DNA of 64,000 nucleotides from Escherichia coli (GTDB lineage Bacteria; Pseudomonadota; Gammaproteobacteria; Enterobacterales; Enterobacteriaceae): NCBI RefSeq assembly GCF_050920415.1, contig NZ_CP169309.1; one strand, 5' to 3'. Shown piece by piece: positions 42,936 to 50,635 of this stretch (position 1 is its first letter; each line of letters starts with the position of its first letter). The notes under the pieces were generated by a model. It saw only the letters and a program-made list of their open reading frames with translations, ran no database searches and was not told where the DNA came from. The position numbers and the translations under genes were made by a program.

Positions 42936-43031
42936 CTAATATTTGCTCATTACGGTTATAAGCACGGCGATAACGAAGCCAACCAGAAATATAGATATAC
43001 CTATTAATCCGGCGATGATGCTTTCGTCCAT
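42936..43031 (-). CDS. mini-ORF array member 2 (31 aa hydrophobic peptide)
   Basis: MDESIIAGLIGISIFLVGFVIAVLITVMSKY; AGGA RBS. Confidence 0.4.
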   Translation of the reverse strand: MDESIIAGLIGISIFLVGFVIAVLITVMSKY

Positions 43032-43033
43032 AA

Positions 43034-43123
43034 CTAATCCTGCATAGACATAACCACCAGAAACAAGCAAAGGATGAATCCAGCCGCCATCCCACCGATG
43101 AAAGTTAGTATTGATGCGATCAT
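43034..43123 (-). CDS. mini-ORF array member 1 (29 aa hydrophobic peptide)
   Basis: MIASILTFIGGMAAGFILCLFLVVMSMQD; GAGG RBS; ATG 2 nt after stop of HExxH gene. Confidence 0.4.
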   Translation of the reverse strand: MIASILTFIGGMAAGFILCLFLVVMSMQD

Positions 43124-43125
43124 AA

Positions 43126-43656
43126 TCAGCCTCGTTTAAAGCTCATAACACGCGGTACAAGCGCTTCTTTTGCTTTCGGCTTACGTTTGCCTTTCTTTGC
43201 GGGTTTTTCTTCCTTCGGCTGTTCTAATGCCTGCTCGACGACTTCAGCCGCCTGCATTGCCGCTACTTGTGCTTCGTTTGATTCAGCCAGGATAGGGAAA
43301 AATGCATCGAAGATACGGCCTACCATGTAAGCGTAAGTCTCATTCGCCGGGTGAGTTGGATCAGTGATCGCCACGACGCCAACATCACTTAAAACGTGGA
43401 ATGTAGTGTGAGCGCATTCATGTACCAGCGTTCCTAACTCATTGTCGAATACTGCGATCACGTAGAAGTTACCGCCTTTCTCACCAGTGCAAGTAAGCGT
43501 CAATCCTCCAGCCAGTTCGAAATCAGGTTCGATTGGAATTCCTGCCTTTTCGCAAAATTCATAAAACATCTCGCGGGTCGGGCAAAAGAAAACGGTTGTA
43601 TGCTCAAAGAGCGGGATCTTGAATTGAGGCAACTTAATGCCTTTAGCCTTAGCCAT
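43126..43656 (-). CDS. HExxH-motif protein with Lys-rich C-terminal tail (putative Zn-metallopeptidase-like)
   Basis: 176 aa; LVHECAHTTFH contains HExxH; C-terminal KEEKPAKKGKRKPKAKE; AGGAGA RBS. Confidence 0.45.
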   Translation of the reverse strand: MAKAKGIKLPQFKIPLFEHTTVFFCPTREMFYEFCEKAGIPIEPDFELAGGLTLTCTGEKGGNFYVIAVFDNELGTLVHECAHTTFHVLSDVGVVAITDPTHPANETYAYMVGRIFDAFFPILAESNEAQVAAMQAAEVVEQALEQPKEEKPAKKGKRKPKAKEALVPRVMSFKRG

Positions 43657-43983
43657 CAGAATAATCTCCTGTCTGGTTTGCTTTTACTTCCTGTTTATAC
43701 AGCGGAAGGAATGACATAAAACACTGAAAACGGCGCTTCATCAGTACCGTTTCCAGAATTTTATAAAACTGGACCTGCTTAACATCTCTGATAAACAGAT
43801 CCGGGCGCTCGTCCTACGCATGGCAGGTGAGTGAATGGCGCTTTCTTCTACCCGGGTAGCGCCGACCTGTTAATGGGATGGATGATCCGGTATTACGTGT
43901 TTTTGACTATTCCGCCGTCGCTCGCGGGAAGGATTGCCCCGGTTATGGCTGGCTGGCGGAAACGGCGACACGTCCACGCGCTG

Positions 43984-44454
43984 TTATTTTTTGCGTAAGC
44001 ACTGCGTTTTGATATAGCTCTGAAGTCCGGTGATCTTCGCGTCTTTCTCTTTTAGTTGTTCTCTGAGGGATAGATAAGCCGATTCAGCGTCGGGAGTGAG
44101 TCTACAGGTGGCTCCATCAATGCGGCTGGCGGTTCCGGTATTGTCGAGTAATCGCACTGGCTCGGCGTTGACGTGCAACCGGATAGTACCGCTATCAATG
44201 CCTGCACGCAGATCGGCAATGTCAGATCTGATAGCTTTAATTTCATCGTGATACCTCTTATCAAGTTTTGACAGTTCGGCGTTTCGCTCCTTCATCTGCT
44301 GAATAGTGTTACTTGCTGTTTTTAGTGCGCCTTGCGTCACCGTGACTTCTTCCTGTAACCTTGCCGCCTCACCGTGGTAATAACATGTAACGGCAGCTAG
44401 CCCGGCAATAATGCAAACAACAACGGCGATGATTAACGCCTTTACCTTGTCCAT
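43984..44454 (-). CDS. i-spanin Rz
   Basis: 156 aa; N-terminal TM helix then coiled coil; downstream of endolysin. Confidence 0.75.
   Translation of the reverse strand: MDKVKALIIAVVVCIIAGLAAVTCYYHGEAARLQEEVTVTQGALKTASNTIQQMKERNAELSKLDKRYHDEIKAIRSDIADLRAGIDSGTIRLHVNAEPVRLLDNTGTASRIDGATCRLTPDAESAYLSLREQLKEKDAKITGLQSYIKTQCLRKK
44052..44246 (-). CDS. o-spanin Rz1 (embedded in Rz, +1 frame)
   Basis: lipoprotein signal with lipobox LSGC, Pro-rich mature part; entirely within Rz. Confidence 0.65.
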   Translation of the reverse strand: MKLKLSDLTLPICVQALIAVLSGCTSTPSQCDYSTIPEPPAALMEPPVDSLPTLNRLIYPSENN

Positions 44455-44933
44455 GTTTCACCCCATTCGCAAACGGCATATTCAACATCACGGCGATTGA
44501 TTAAACCTTGCCACTGCTTACCGCCAGCATAGATCCAGCGTTTAAGCTGTGCGCACGCTTCTGATTTCTTGCCGTCATTGAGTAGCTTCAATAAGGTTGA
44601 TGTTTTGAAATTGGTTGCGCCTACGTTATAGGCGAATGAATAAAGCGCCGCGCGGGTAAAATCTGATATTTCGACTTTAATATACGGGTCAATCGCTTTT
44701 GCGGTCTTGTGGAGATCTTTGTTTAACAAAGCATCGCATTCTGATTGCGTGTAAGTCTTACCAAGCATGATGTCTTTTCCGGTGTGACCATAGCAAACAG
44801 TCCATACACCGATAACATCACGATACGGATCGTACTCCACGCCTTCTAATGGTTTAACCATCACAGCCGCAATAGCGATCGCCCCACCAGCCGCCGCAGC
44901 AATAATCTTATTCTTCAGCGATTGGCTAATCAT
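44442..44933 (-). CDS. SAR endolysin (phage lysozyme, GH24-like)
   Basis: 163 aa from MISQSLKN; N-terminal Ala/Gly-rich signal-anchor; EG..YxD..G..T..GHTG catalytic region; GGGGAA RBS. Confidence 0.85.
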   Translation of the reverse strand: MISQSLKNKIIAAAAGGAIAIAAVMVKPLEGVEYDPYRDVIGVWTVCYGHTGKDIMLGKTYTQSECDALLNKDLHKTAKAIDPYIKVEISDFTRAALYSFAYNVGATNFKTSTLLKLLNDGKKSEACAQLKRWIYAGGKQWQGLINRRDVEYAVCEWGETWTR

Positions 44934-44934
44934 G

Positions 44935-45135
44935 TTACTTATTCCCCATTCGCGCGTCGTGTTCCTCTTGCGCTCGTTTGTTCTCCTGTGATTTGAAGTA
45001 ATAATTAACGGCAAATGTGCCTATGGTTGATAAGATACCCACAAATACAGCAACATCATTAATGGTTATCGCACCAAAAAAGGCCGTTACGGCCCCTACT
45101 GCATACGCGCACACCTCCCGTATTTTGTCGAACAT
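44935..45135 (-). CDS. holin (pinholin-like, two TM)
   Basis: 66 aa, two hydrophobic helices and charged C-terminus; GGAGG RBS; immediately upstream of endolysin. Confidence 0.7.
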   Translation of the reverse strand: MFDKIREVCAYAVGAVTAFFGAITINDVAVFVGILSTIGTFAVNYYFKSQENKRAQEEHDARMGNK

Positions 45136-45153
45136 AGATTTACCTCCAACAAA

Positions 45154-45178
45154 GCAAAAACCCGGCGCGGGGCCGGGT
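45154..45178 (-). terminator. rho-independent terminator immediately upstream of holin
   Basis: cccggc-gcgg-ggccggg hairpin followed on minus strand by TTTTTGC. Confidence 0.6.
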
Positions 45179-45240
45179 AATTACAATTTCGCATTGTTAG
45201 GAAATATTTTAATCTATTTGTTTTTTATGCGCGATTATGG

Positions 45241-45417
45241 CTACAGTTTCTTAATTAATAGCCCATTATCAAGTAATAATTGCATTTGCTCGCGGCTCAT
45301 TAGTGAATCTTTCCAGTATGGGTCATCAATAGTCATAATCATCACTTTGTCGCCTTTTAGCATGTAGGCTATACCGAACAAAGTATGTGAATAAACACCA
45401 TCTTCGATCTCATTCAT
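45241..45417 (-). CDS. small protein, paralogue family member (58 aa)
   Basis: MNEIEDGVYSHTLFG...; ATGA-coupled to upstream paralogue. Confidence 0.4.
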   Translation of the reverse strand: MNEIEDGVYSHTLFGIAYMLKGDKVMIMTIDDPYWKDSLMSREQMQLLLDNGLLIKKL

Positions 45418-45596
45418 AGTCCGCTAACCCTTACCACATCGCCGTTATAAAGCATGATTTCAATCATTGCTCGCGTCATCTCGATGAATGGCTTCCTCCA
45501 GTCACCACCATCAATACAGACACGAATATCATCACCTTCCACGCGGTAAAACATCTCGTCGATTAGTGTTACGGCGTATATACCATCTTCAATCAT
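45414..45596 (-). CDS. small protein, paralogue family member (60 aa)
   Basis: MIEDGIYAVTLIDEMFYRVEGDD...; shares DG[IV]Y..L......Y..EGD motif. Confidence 0.4.
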   Translation of the reverse strand: MIEDGIYAVTLIDEMFYRVEGDDIRVCIDGGDWRKPFIEMTRAMIEIMLYNGDVVRVSGL

Positions 45597-45821
45597 TTAA
45601 CTATCCTCTTTGAATAGCCTAAATTTAATATCGCCAATCTTGCGCCAGTATCCGTGATTAAACATCGCGATGATCTCCGCAGATGTCATAGTTAAAAACG
45701 GTTCATGCCACGGCTCAAGCTGGTGTAATCGCATCATTACGTGTTCACCTTCAAGGCGATAATAAGCGCGTGACGCCAATGACTGATAAACACCGTCATA
45801 TTTATGGTCGCTATTTCCCAT
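45597..45821 (-). CDS. small protein, paralogue family member (74 aa)
   Basis: start MGNSDHKYDGVYQSL with AAGGGG RBS. Confidence 0.4.
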   Translation of the reverse strand: MGNSDHKYDGVYQSLASRAYYRLEGEHVMMRLHQLEPWHEPFLTMTSAEIIAMFNHGYWRKIGDIKFRLFKEDS

Positions 45822-46011
45822 TTTTACGCCCCTTAATGGCTCTTTTGATCTGCGTGCGCGTGGCATCGACGAAAGCGATAAACACCGCTACAGGCCAGAA
45901 AGGAATCTCAAGGCCACCACGATCGAGATCATTAGATTTGATAAAACAATACATCAGGATAGCGCCAGCGATATAAAGGAGAAACACAGCAATGATAAGA
46001 CATTCAATCAT
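45811..46011 (-). CDS. small membrane protein (66 aa)
   Basis: two hydrophobic segments; GAGAAAGAGG RBS. Confidence 0.4.
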   Translation of the reverse strand: MIECLIIAVFLLYIAGAILMYCFIKSNDLDRGGLEIPFWPVAVFIAFVDATRTQIKRAIKGRKNGK

Positions 46012-46144
46012 CCTCTTTCTCCCCGCCTAAATATTGATATATTTCTTCAGCATTTTCCCCGCGCTCAAAACAATAATGTTCAAACATGCGCCAGTGTTCA
46101 CTAAGAAACATAACAATAAAATTGTTAACGTATTCGTCATCCAT
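46004..46144 (-). CDS. hypothetical small protein (46 aa)
   Basis: AGAGGA RBS; tightly packed. Confidence 0.3.
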   Translation of the reverse strand: MDDEYVNNFIVMFLSEHWRMFEHYCFERGENAEEIYQYLGGEKEDD

Positions 46145-46146
46145 AG

Positions 46147-46398
46147 TTAATCATCCTCTTCATCGTCTTCTTGTTCAGCCAGGAAATCATCGACGGCACG
46201 GTAAGTGACTGGCGGGACGTATTCGAAATCATCACTATCAAGATCGAGCGTCCGGCTGTCGCCGTCGTCGTCCATCGTGTTCATCCCCAGCTCACCGAAA
46301 GGACCGTATCCAATGTGGCCCAGGTATTCGCAACCAGTCGTAAAGCCAGGGTATTCACCTTTACAACGGATTTTGTAAGGTTTATTTGATGCGCTCAA
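46147..46398 (-). CDS. hypothetical acidic small protein (83 aa)
   Basis: C-terminal acidic tail EQEDDEEDD. Confidence 0.35.
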   Translation of the reverse strand: MSASNKPYKIRCKGEYPGFTTGCEYLGHIGYGPFGELGMNTMDDDGDSRTLDLDSDDFEYVPPVTYRAVDDFLAEQEDDEEDD

Positions 46399-46705
46399 TT
46401 TTTGAGTCTCCGTCTTCTGTCGGGGTTATTTTGTATTCTGCCGCCAGTTCTGCACCAACCAATTCAACCTCGATTTCAGGGAAAGGATTAAGCATCAGTG
46501 CGGCAAAAACAAAATGTTTAACGTGATTTGCATATTCAAGGTGTTTCACGTCAAAAGGTGGTTCCGATACGTGGAAGCATTTAACGTGCGCGTCGTCTTC
46601 AGTAGCTACACGGAAACATACGCCAGGTTGCCCGGCGAATTTGCCATTTTTTTCATCTTCTGAAATAGTGCCACGGAAAACTTTAACGCTGATAAATTTA
46701 GACAT
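46382..46705 (-). CDS. hypothetical protein (107 aa)
   Basis: ORF in packed array. Confidence 0.35.
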   Translation of the reverse strand: MSKFISVKVFRGTISEDEKNGKFAGQPGVCFRVATEDDAHVKCFHVSEPPFDVKHLEYANHVKHFVFAALMLNPFPEIEVELVGAELAAEYKITPTEDGDSKIERIK

Positions 46706-46708
46706 TGT

Positions 46709-46963
46709 TTATTCTCCTTCGTAAAAAACAGCTACCAGTTCAGGATTGTTTAATGGGTTGGAGCAAGAATAAAAACCACTTCGCAATAATCCTCTAAGCG
46801 CCTTTATTTTTCTGTGCGCCGGGATTGACTCGCTTAAATAGAAATCATCTTTCCTTTTGTCATAAGGTAGCTCGTAAAACCTACCATAATTGACGAATTG
46901 AACGACGCGGCTGTACTCACCATCAATCCTACTAACGCCGCGCCAAATCCTAAATACAACCAT
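46709..46963 (-). CDS. hypothetical protein (84 aa)
   Basis: ORF in packed array. Confidence 0.3.
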   Translation of the reverse strand: MVVFRIWRGVSRIDGEYSRVVQFVNYGRFYELPYDKRKDDFYLSESIPAHRKIKALRGLLRSGFYSCSNPLNNPELVAVFYEGE

Positions 46964-46965
46964 AA

Positions 46966-47295
46966 TTAAAACTCCGCACCAGGTAAGCTACGCGCTTCGT
47001 TAATATCGTCCTTTTCAATCCATTTCTTAGCGTGTATATCCATTACGGATATAGCGGCAACTGGCGCATAGTTATTTACTGAGTTGATGTGAAACAATTG
47101 GTTTTTGGTAAAAATCATGTCGTCGTCTGTTATATATAACCAGTCGCCGCGCTTACCAACAACAGTATGAGATCTTCCTAAGCTGTCTTTAAATTCATAA
47201 TTGCAGAAAACATCATCATTAGGCACTTCAACAAAACAGCACGCAATGAATTTAGCACTTTTCATAATTACACCCTTCTGGTTTGATGGGGCCAT
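46966..47295 (-). CDS. hypothetical protein (109 aa)
   Basis: ORF in packed array. Confidence 0.35.
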   Translation of the reverse strand: MAPSNQKGVIMKSAKFIACCFVEVPNDDVFCNYEFKDSLGRSHTVVGKRGDWLYITDDDMIFTKNQLFHINSVNNYAPVAAISVMDIHAKKWIEKDDINEARSLPGAEF

Positions 47296-47308
47296 CCGGC
47301 CCCGTGTT

Positions 47309-47449
47309 TTATTCTTCTTCGTCTCCTTTGAATCCTAAACACTCCGCGTATTCGTCAATGCTTAATGCTTCTTCCCCTGGTGCCAGTAATTCAAAATAGC
47401 GGGCGTATAACTCAAAAACCCAGGCCGGATATTTAGCGTTAGCGTTCAT
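47309..47449 (-). CDS. hypothetical small acidic protein (46 aa)
   Basis: GGGGGTGA RBS. Confidence 0.3.
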   Translation of the reverse strand: MNANAKYPAWVFELYARYFELLAPGEEALSIDEYAECLGFKGDEEE

Positions 47450-47460
47450 GGTTCACCCCC

Positions 47461-47733
47461 TTAAGCCATGCGTGCGAATTCAAGCGCTTTGCATTCATAG
47501 TCTTCTTCTGCCTGTTCCACTACACGGATAATCATCTGATCGGCGTTTTCGAAGCCATAACCTTTAGCGAATTCATTAGCACCGCCTTCGTGGTCATGTT
47601 CTGCGTTCATCGCTTCCACATAGTGGAACTCAAGATTGTTAAGGTAGGGACTAGAAACGCCGTCCTCTTTTTCAATCAGATCCCAAATTGCATTGAATCG
47701 GGACTCTGTTTCTTCGTTAATCCAGCGTTTCAT
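47461..47733 (-). CDS. hypothetical protein (90 aa)
   Basis: GGAGGG RBS; first gene downstream of the dyad/G13 promoter region. Confidence 0.4.
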   Translation of the reverse strand: MKRWINEETESRFNAIWDLIEKEDGVSSPYLNNLEFHYVEAMNAEHDHEGGANEFAKGYGFENADQMIIRVVEQAEEDYECKALEFARMA

Positions 47734-47774
47734 TTTTCTGCCCTCCGCATCGTTCTCTCTTCAGCTTCTTTATA

Positions 47775-47808
47775 ACAAAATGGCACTGCCGAAACAATGC
47801 CATTTTGT
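47775..47808. promoter_or_regulatory. perfect 11-bp inverted repeat ACAAAATGGCA-N12-TGCCATTTTGT overlapping a minus-strand promoter-like element
   Basis: dyad read directly; minus strand has TTGTTT-17-TATAAA spanning it. Confidence 0.5.
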
Positions 47809-47815
47809 AAACTTT

Positions 47816-47828
47816 GGGGGGGGGGGGG
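47816..47828. repeat. homopolymeric G13 (C13 on minus strand) tract
   Basis: 13 consecutive G at 47816-47828, intergenic, just upstream of the dyad/promoter on the minus strand. Confidence 0.9.
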
Positions 47829-47841
47829 TAGATCACGCTTT

Positions 47842-48057
47842 TTATTCGTCCTGCTTGAAGGCCACTACAACCGCGCGATCTTTGTTCTGAATCAACCACC
47901 AGCCACGCGCCTTGCTTGGCGCTGCATACCATAAGTGACCGTAAGTGTCTGTGACAACTAAAAACGGGTTTTTCTGTAATCCGCCTGGCTTTTCCGCTTC
48001 GTACTGGCAACCGTCCTCAAAACAATCAAGATCAGATCCGTGACACGTTAAAATCAT
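47842..48057 (-). CDS. hypothetical small protein (71 aa)
   Basis: ORF in Q-to-lysis accessory array. Confidence 0.3.
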   Translation of the reverse strand: MILTCHGSDLDCFEDGCQYEAEKPGGLQKNPFLVVTDTYGHLWYAAPSKARGWWLIQNKDRAVVVAFKQDE

Positions 48058-48066
48058 ATTGCCCCC

Positions 48067-48279
48067 TTAATAACGCTCAAAACTGGCGGAAAAATCAATG
48101 CCTGATATCTCACCGCCACGATAAGTTGGCATAAATCCCCACACATCATCATGATCATCAATCAATACAAGCGCCACGCCAACATCGCTAATCCCATTGC
48201 CATAAACAATGTGAACATCATAAATACGCCCAGGAGTGAAAACGCTGTCATTACTTGAGTATGTGCATTTAACTTGCAT
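48067..48279 (-). CDS. hypothetical small protein (70 aa)
   Basis: ORF in accessory array. Confidence 0.3.
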   Translation of the reverse strand: MQVKCTYSSNDSVFTPGRIYDVHIVYGNGISDVGVALVLIDDHDDVWGFMPTYRGGEISGIDFSASFERY

Positions 48280-48553
48280 TATCAGCCACCTTTAAATAAT
48301 TTTTTACATCAACATCAGCCGGATATCTGGAAAATTGCGCTAACCATTGTCCGGTAATGTTTTTCACCAGTGCATAATCAAGATCGCCGCAGTAGAATAC
48401 CTGGTACATTGCCCCTTCGTTATCACTCATAACGAATACCATCTGGTCAGTAGTCGCATTGCGCAATCTGTGAATTGTGTACGCCTGCCCCGTGGTAAAT
48501 TTATATTCGTTACAAGTTGTGCGGCAAAACATCCGGTCAAAATAGCTTTCCAT
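48269..48553 (-). CDS. hypothetical protein (94 aa)
   Basis: ORF in accessory array. Confidence 0.3.
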   Translation of the reverse strand: MESYFDRMFCRTTCNEYKFTTGQAYTIHRLRNATTDQMVFVMSDNEGAMYQVFYCGDLDYALVKNITGQWLAQFSRYPADVDVKNYLKVADNAS

Positions 48554-48798
48554 CAGAAAACCCCTTTATAATCGACCGTGTATTTTGCTATCAGGTTCCA
48601 GTCGCAATAATTAAGCATGTCTCGCGGTTGCCAGCCTTTCATCCCGACCGCCCGCCGCGCAGCGTGACGGCGATAATCATCGTTATAGTCAGCTATGCAC
48701 CACGGCTGGAGAACAAACATATAATTTGCTTCATTAACCAGGATAGCCACCCGCTTTCCTGTTGCCTTGTCTTTTGCCCTGAAATAATTCACTTTCAT
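48553..48798 (-). CDS. hypothetical protein (81 aa)
   Basis: ORF in accessory array. Confidence 0.3.
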   Translation of the reverse strand: MKVNYFRAKDKATGKRVAILVNEANYMFVLQPWCIADYNDDYRRHAARRAVGMKGWQPRDMLNYCDWNLIAKYTVDYKGVF

Positions 48799-49010
48799 TT
48801 TAATACCTCGTCGATCAACATTTCTTCTTCCAGGTTAGCCGGACGTTTACGGAATATCCCGGCAAAAACCAGATCGTCGAGTAGGTCTTTACGCTTAAAT
48901 AACCACTCTTTCATTATTACCCCGTCATCGCTGCGATATACGACGCCGTTTTTCAGAAAATAAAAAGTGCGGGTATTTGTCTGAAGGTATAAATCTTCGT
49001 AAACGTCCAT
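48795..49010 (-). CDS. hypothetical protein (71 aa)
   Basis: ORF in accessory array. Confidence 0.3.
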   Translation of the reverse strand: MDVYEDLYLQTNTRTFYFLKNGVVYRSDDGVIMKEWLFKRKDLLDDLVFAGIFRKRPANLEEEMLIDEVLK

Positions 49011-49014
49011 GATA

Positions 49015-49242
49015 TTAACCCTCGACTATTTGCAGACCGCGCCCCTTGTCACCCACGAAGTCACCAAGACTGAACGTATACGACCACGCCGGATTGATAT
49101 AATGGTCATCAGCACCAGCGGCAATGAGATCAGCACCATTAATCATGCAAGTAACATCATCGCTATGAACTACATTAACTACCTTACCAACAACCTGTTT
49201 TAATGACGGGTATCCGTGATCGTGCAAGAATTTAACTTTCAT
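49015..49242 (-). CDS. hypothetical protein (75 aa)
   Basis: ORF in accessory array. Confidence 0.3.
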   Translation of the reverse strand: MKVKFLHDHGYPSLKQVVGKVVNVVHSDDVTCMINGADLIAAGADDHYINPAWSYTFSLGDFVGDKGRGLQIVEG

Positions 49243-49472
49243 TCCACTGTCTCCCAGCGGTCAATGCTGATTAAAAAATCCCGGATAGCGTGGCGTTCGT
49301 CGCGCGTTGGCTTGCGCTTCCGGTAAATCTTGAAATCGAACCATTCTTTTTCTTGTTCGAAATCCAGATCGTAAGCAAGCGCCTCAATATATCCGCATTC
49401 GTGATACTGGTACGCCACGCCAGCACGAACAAAAAAGCGGGTTTTATCCCGCTTGTGTTCATAAATACGCAT
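49239..49472 (-). CDS. hypothetical protein (77 aa)
   Basis: ORF in accessory array. Confidence 0.3.
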   Translation of the reverse strand: MRIYEHKRDKTRFFVRAGVAYQYHECGYIEALAYDLDFEQEKEWFDFKIYRKRKPTRDERHAIRDFLISIDRWETVE

Positions 49473-49482
49473 ATTTACCCCG

Positions 49483-49713
49483 TTATGCAGTTGTGTAGCT
49501 GTCTACCAGCTTTTCATCCTTCATTCTGGCAAGCTGTGCGATGTTCATCGTGTAGCCGCCATCAGAGAAAAGCCACTCCGCCGCCTTGCGACGAAAAGTA
49601 ATATCATCATGGTTGCGCGTCCATGTGGCGATCACCACGCGCTTTCCGTCAGTGGCAAACATAGATAATTCATTATCAACTACGTCGATAGCCTGCCAGA
49701 TTTTTAGCTCCAT
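49483..49713 (-). CDS. hypothetical protein (76 aa)
   Basis: ORF in accessory array. Confidence 0.3.
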   Translation of the reverse strand: MELKIWQAIDVVDNELSMFATDGKRVVIATWTRNHDDITFRRKAAEWLFSDGGYTMNIAQLARMKDEKLVDSYTTA

Positions 49714-50069
49714 GATTTATCCCCGTAAATTTTGAATAATTCCCGTGCTTCCTGATCTTCGAATAACTTCATATGCAGATCATGCAGGCGTCGCATTGTG
49801 CGGAAGCGTGGTCTGAATTCTTGACCCCTTTTAATGTATTTATCGCCAATTGAATAAATATGACCGTATGAATACCATCTATTACCGACCCAAATTAGAT
49901 AAATTTCACCCTCATAATTAAATTTGATTGTAAGCTCGTCAACCTCCATTATTAATCCTTTATCGAGTATATCATTTAGCATATCATCCCATTCTTTGAG
50001 GAATGGTTGTTGATAAAAACCGAAAAGAGTATTTACAGCGTGGCAAAGGTAATCAAGGATTATTTGCAT
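49704..50069 (-). CDS. hypothetical protein (121 aa)
   Basis: ORF in accessory array. Confidence 0.35.
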   Translation of the reverse strand: MQIILDYLCHAVNTLFGFYQQPFLKEWDDMLNDILDKGLIMEVDELTIKFNYEGEIYLIWVGNRWYSYGHIYSIGDKYIKRGQEFRPRFRTMRRLHDLHMKLFEDQEARELFKIYGDKSWS

Positions 50070-50073
50070 ATTA

Positions 50074-50289
50074 TCACCACATCATATAATAAACGTTATC
50101 GTTAGCTACTTCGTCGGCTTGTTCTTGTGTTAATAGCGGTGCGCTTTCCATAAAAGCATCAGAGTAATGCCACTCATAAACAAGCATACGCGCCCATTTG
50201 CGGCGCTGGCGCTTATTGTGTCGCAGATCATCAAAAGCCTTTAACGCTTTGTCATACGCCCTTACCAGGCGTTTACGGTTACTTTTCAT
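50074..50289 (-). CDS. hypothetical basic protein (71 aa)
   Basis: ORF in accessory array. Confidence 0.3.
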   Translation of the reverse strand: MKSNRKRLVRAYDKALKAFDDLRHNKRQRRKWARMLVYEWHYSDAFMESAPLLTQEQADEVANDNVYYMMW

Positions 50290-50299
50290 TTATTACACC

Positions 50300-50635
50300 T
50301 TAAAATCTGTATTGCCAGTAAATATCACACTTTATTGCGAATACCTTCACAGGATCAGGGCCGAATAGTGGATGTTGAATCGACTTGATTTCGTACCCCA
50401 TATAAGGCAATACGATAATCCGGTCTTTCTCATCATCAGATGGATAACCCCATTTAATGATTAATCTTGTGTACTCCCGCCCCTCAAGGCGTTTGCGCCA
50501 ATAGTCATTATAAAGCCGGTATTCCTCCACCTTCTTTCCAGCCCTGATAGCGTGGAAGTATTCTCCTTTTAAATTCAAATGCAGGTGCTTACTTGCCATT
50601 GCTATGATCCTGTAAACAGTCGTTATAGCCTTCAA
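50300..50635 (-). CDS. hypothetical protein, possible ASCH/PUA-like fold
   Basis: LNLKGEYFHAIRAGKKVEEYR resembles ASCH N-terminal pattern; weak. Confidence 0.3.
   Translation of the reverse strand: MKAITTVYRIIAMASKHLHLNLKGEYFHAIRAGKKVEEYRLYNDYWRKRLEGREYTRLIIKWGYPSDDEKDRIIVLPYMGYEIKSIQHPLFGPDPVKVFAIKCDIYWQYRF

Noticed and set aside
42284-43123. Mini-ORF region as a decayed larger gene
   Set aside because: No longer frame can be rebuilt by single indels on either strand, and each mini-ORF has its own RBS, ATG and stop with a consistent hydrophobic architecture.
43657-43983. cos/pac site or IS-end remnant in the Rz to HExxH gap
   Set aside because: Only imperfect inverted repeats; no recognisable terminal inverted repeats or known cos motif, so left as unexplained.
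47816-47828. G13 tract as a coding-region frameshift switch
   Set aside because: The tract is intergenic, so any phase effect would be on promoter activity rather than reading frame; an assembly artefact cannot be excluded without reads.
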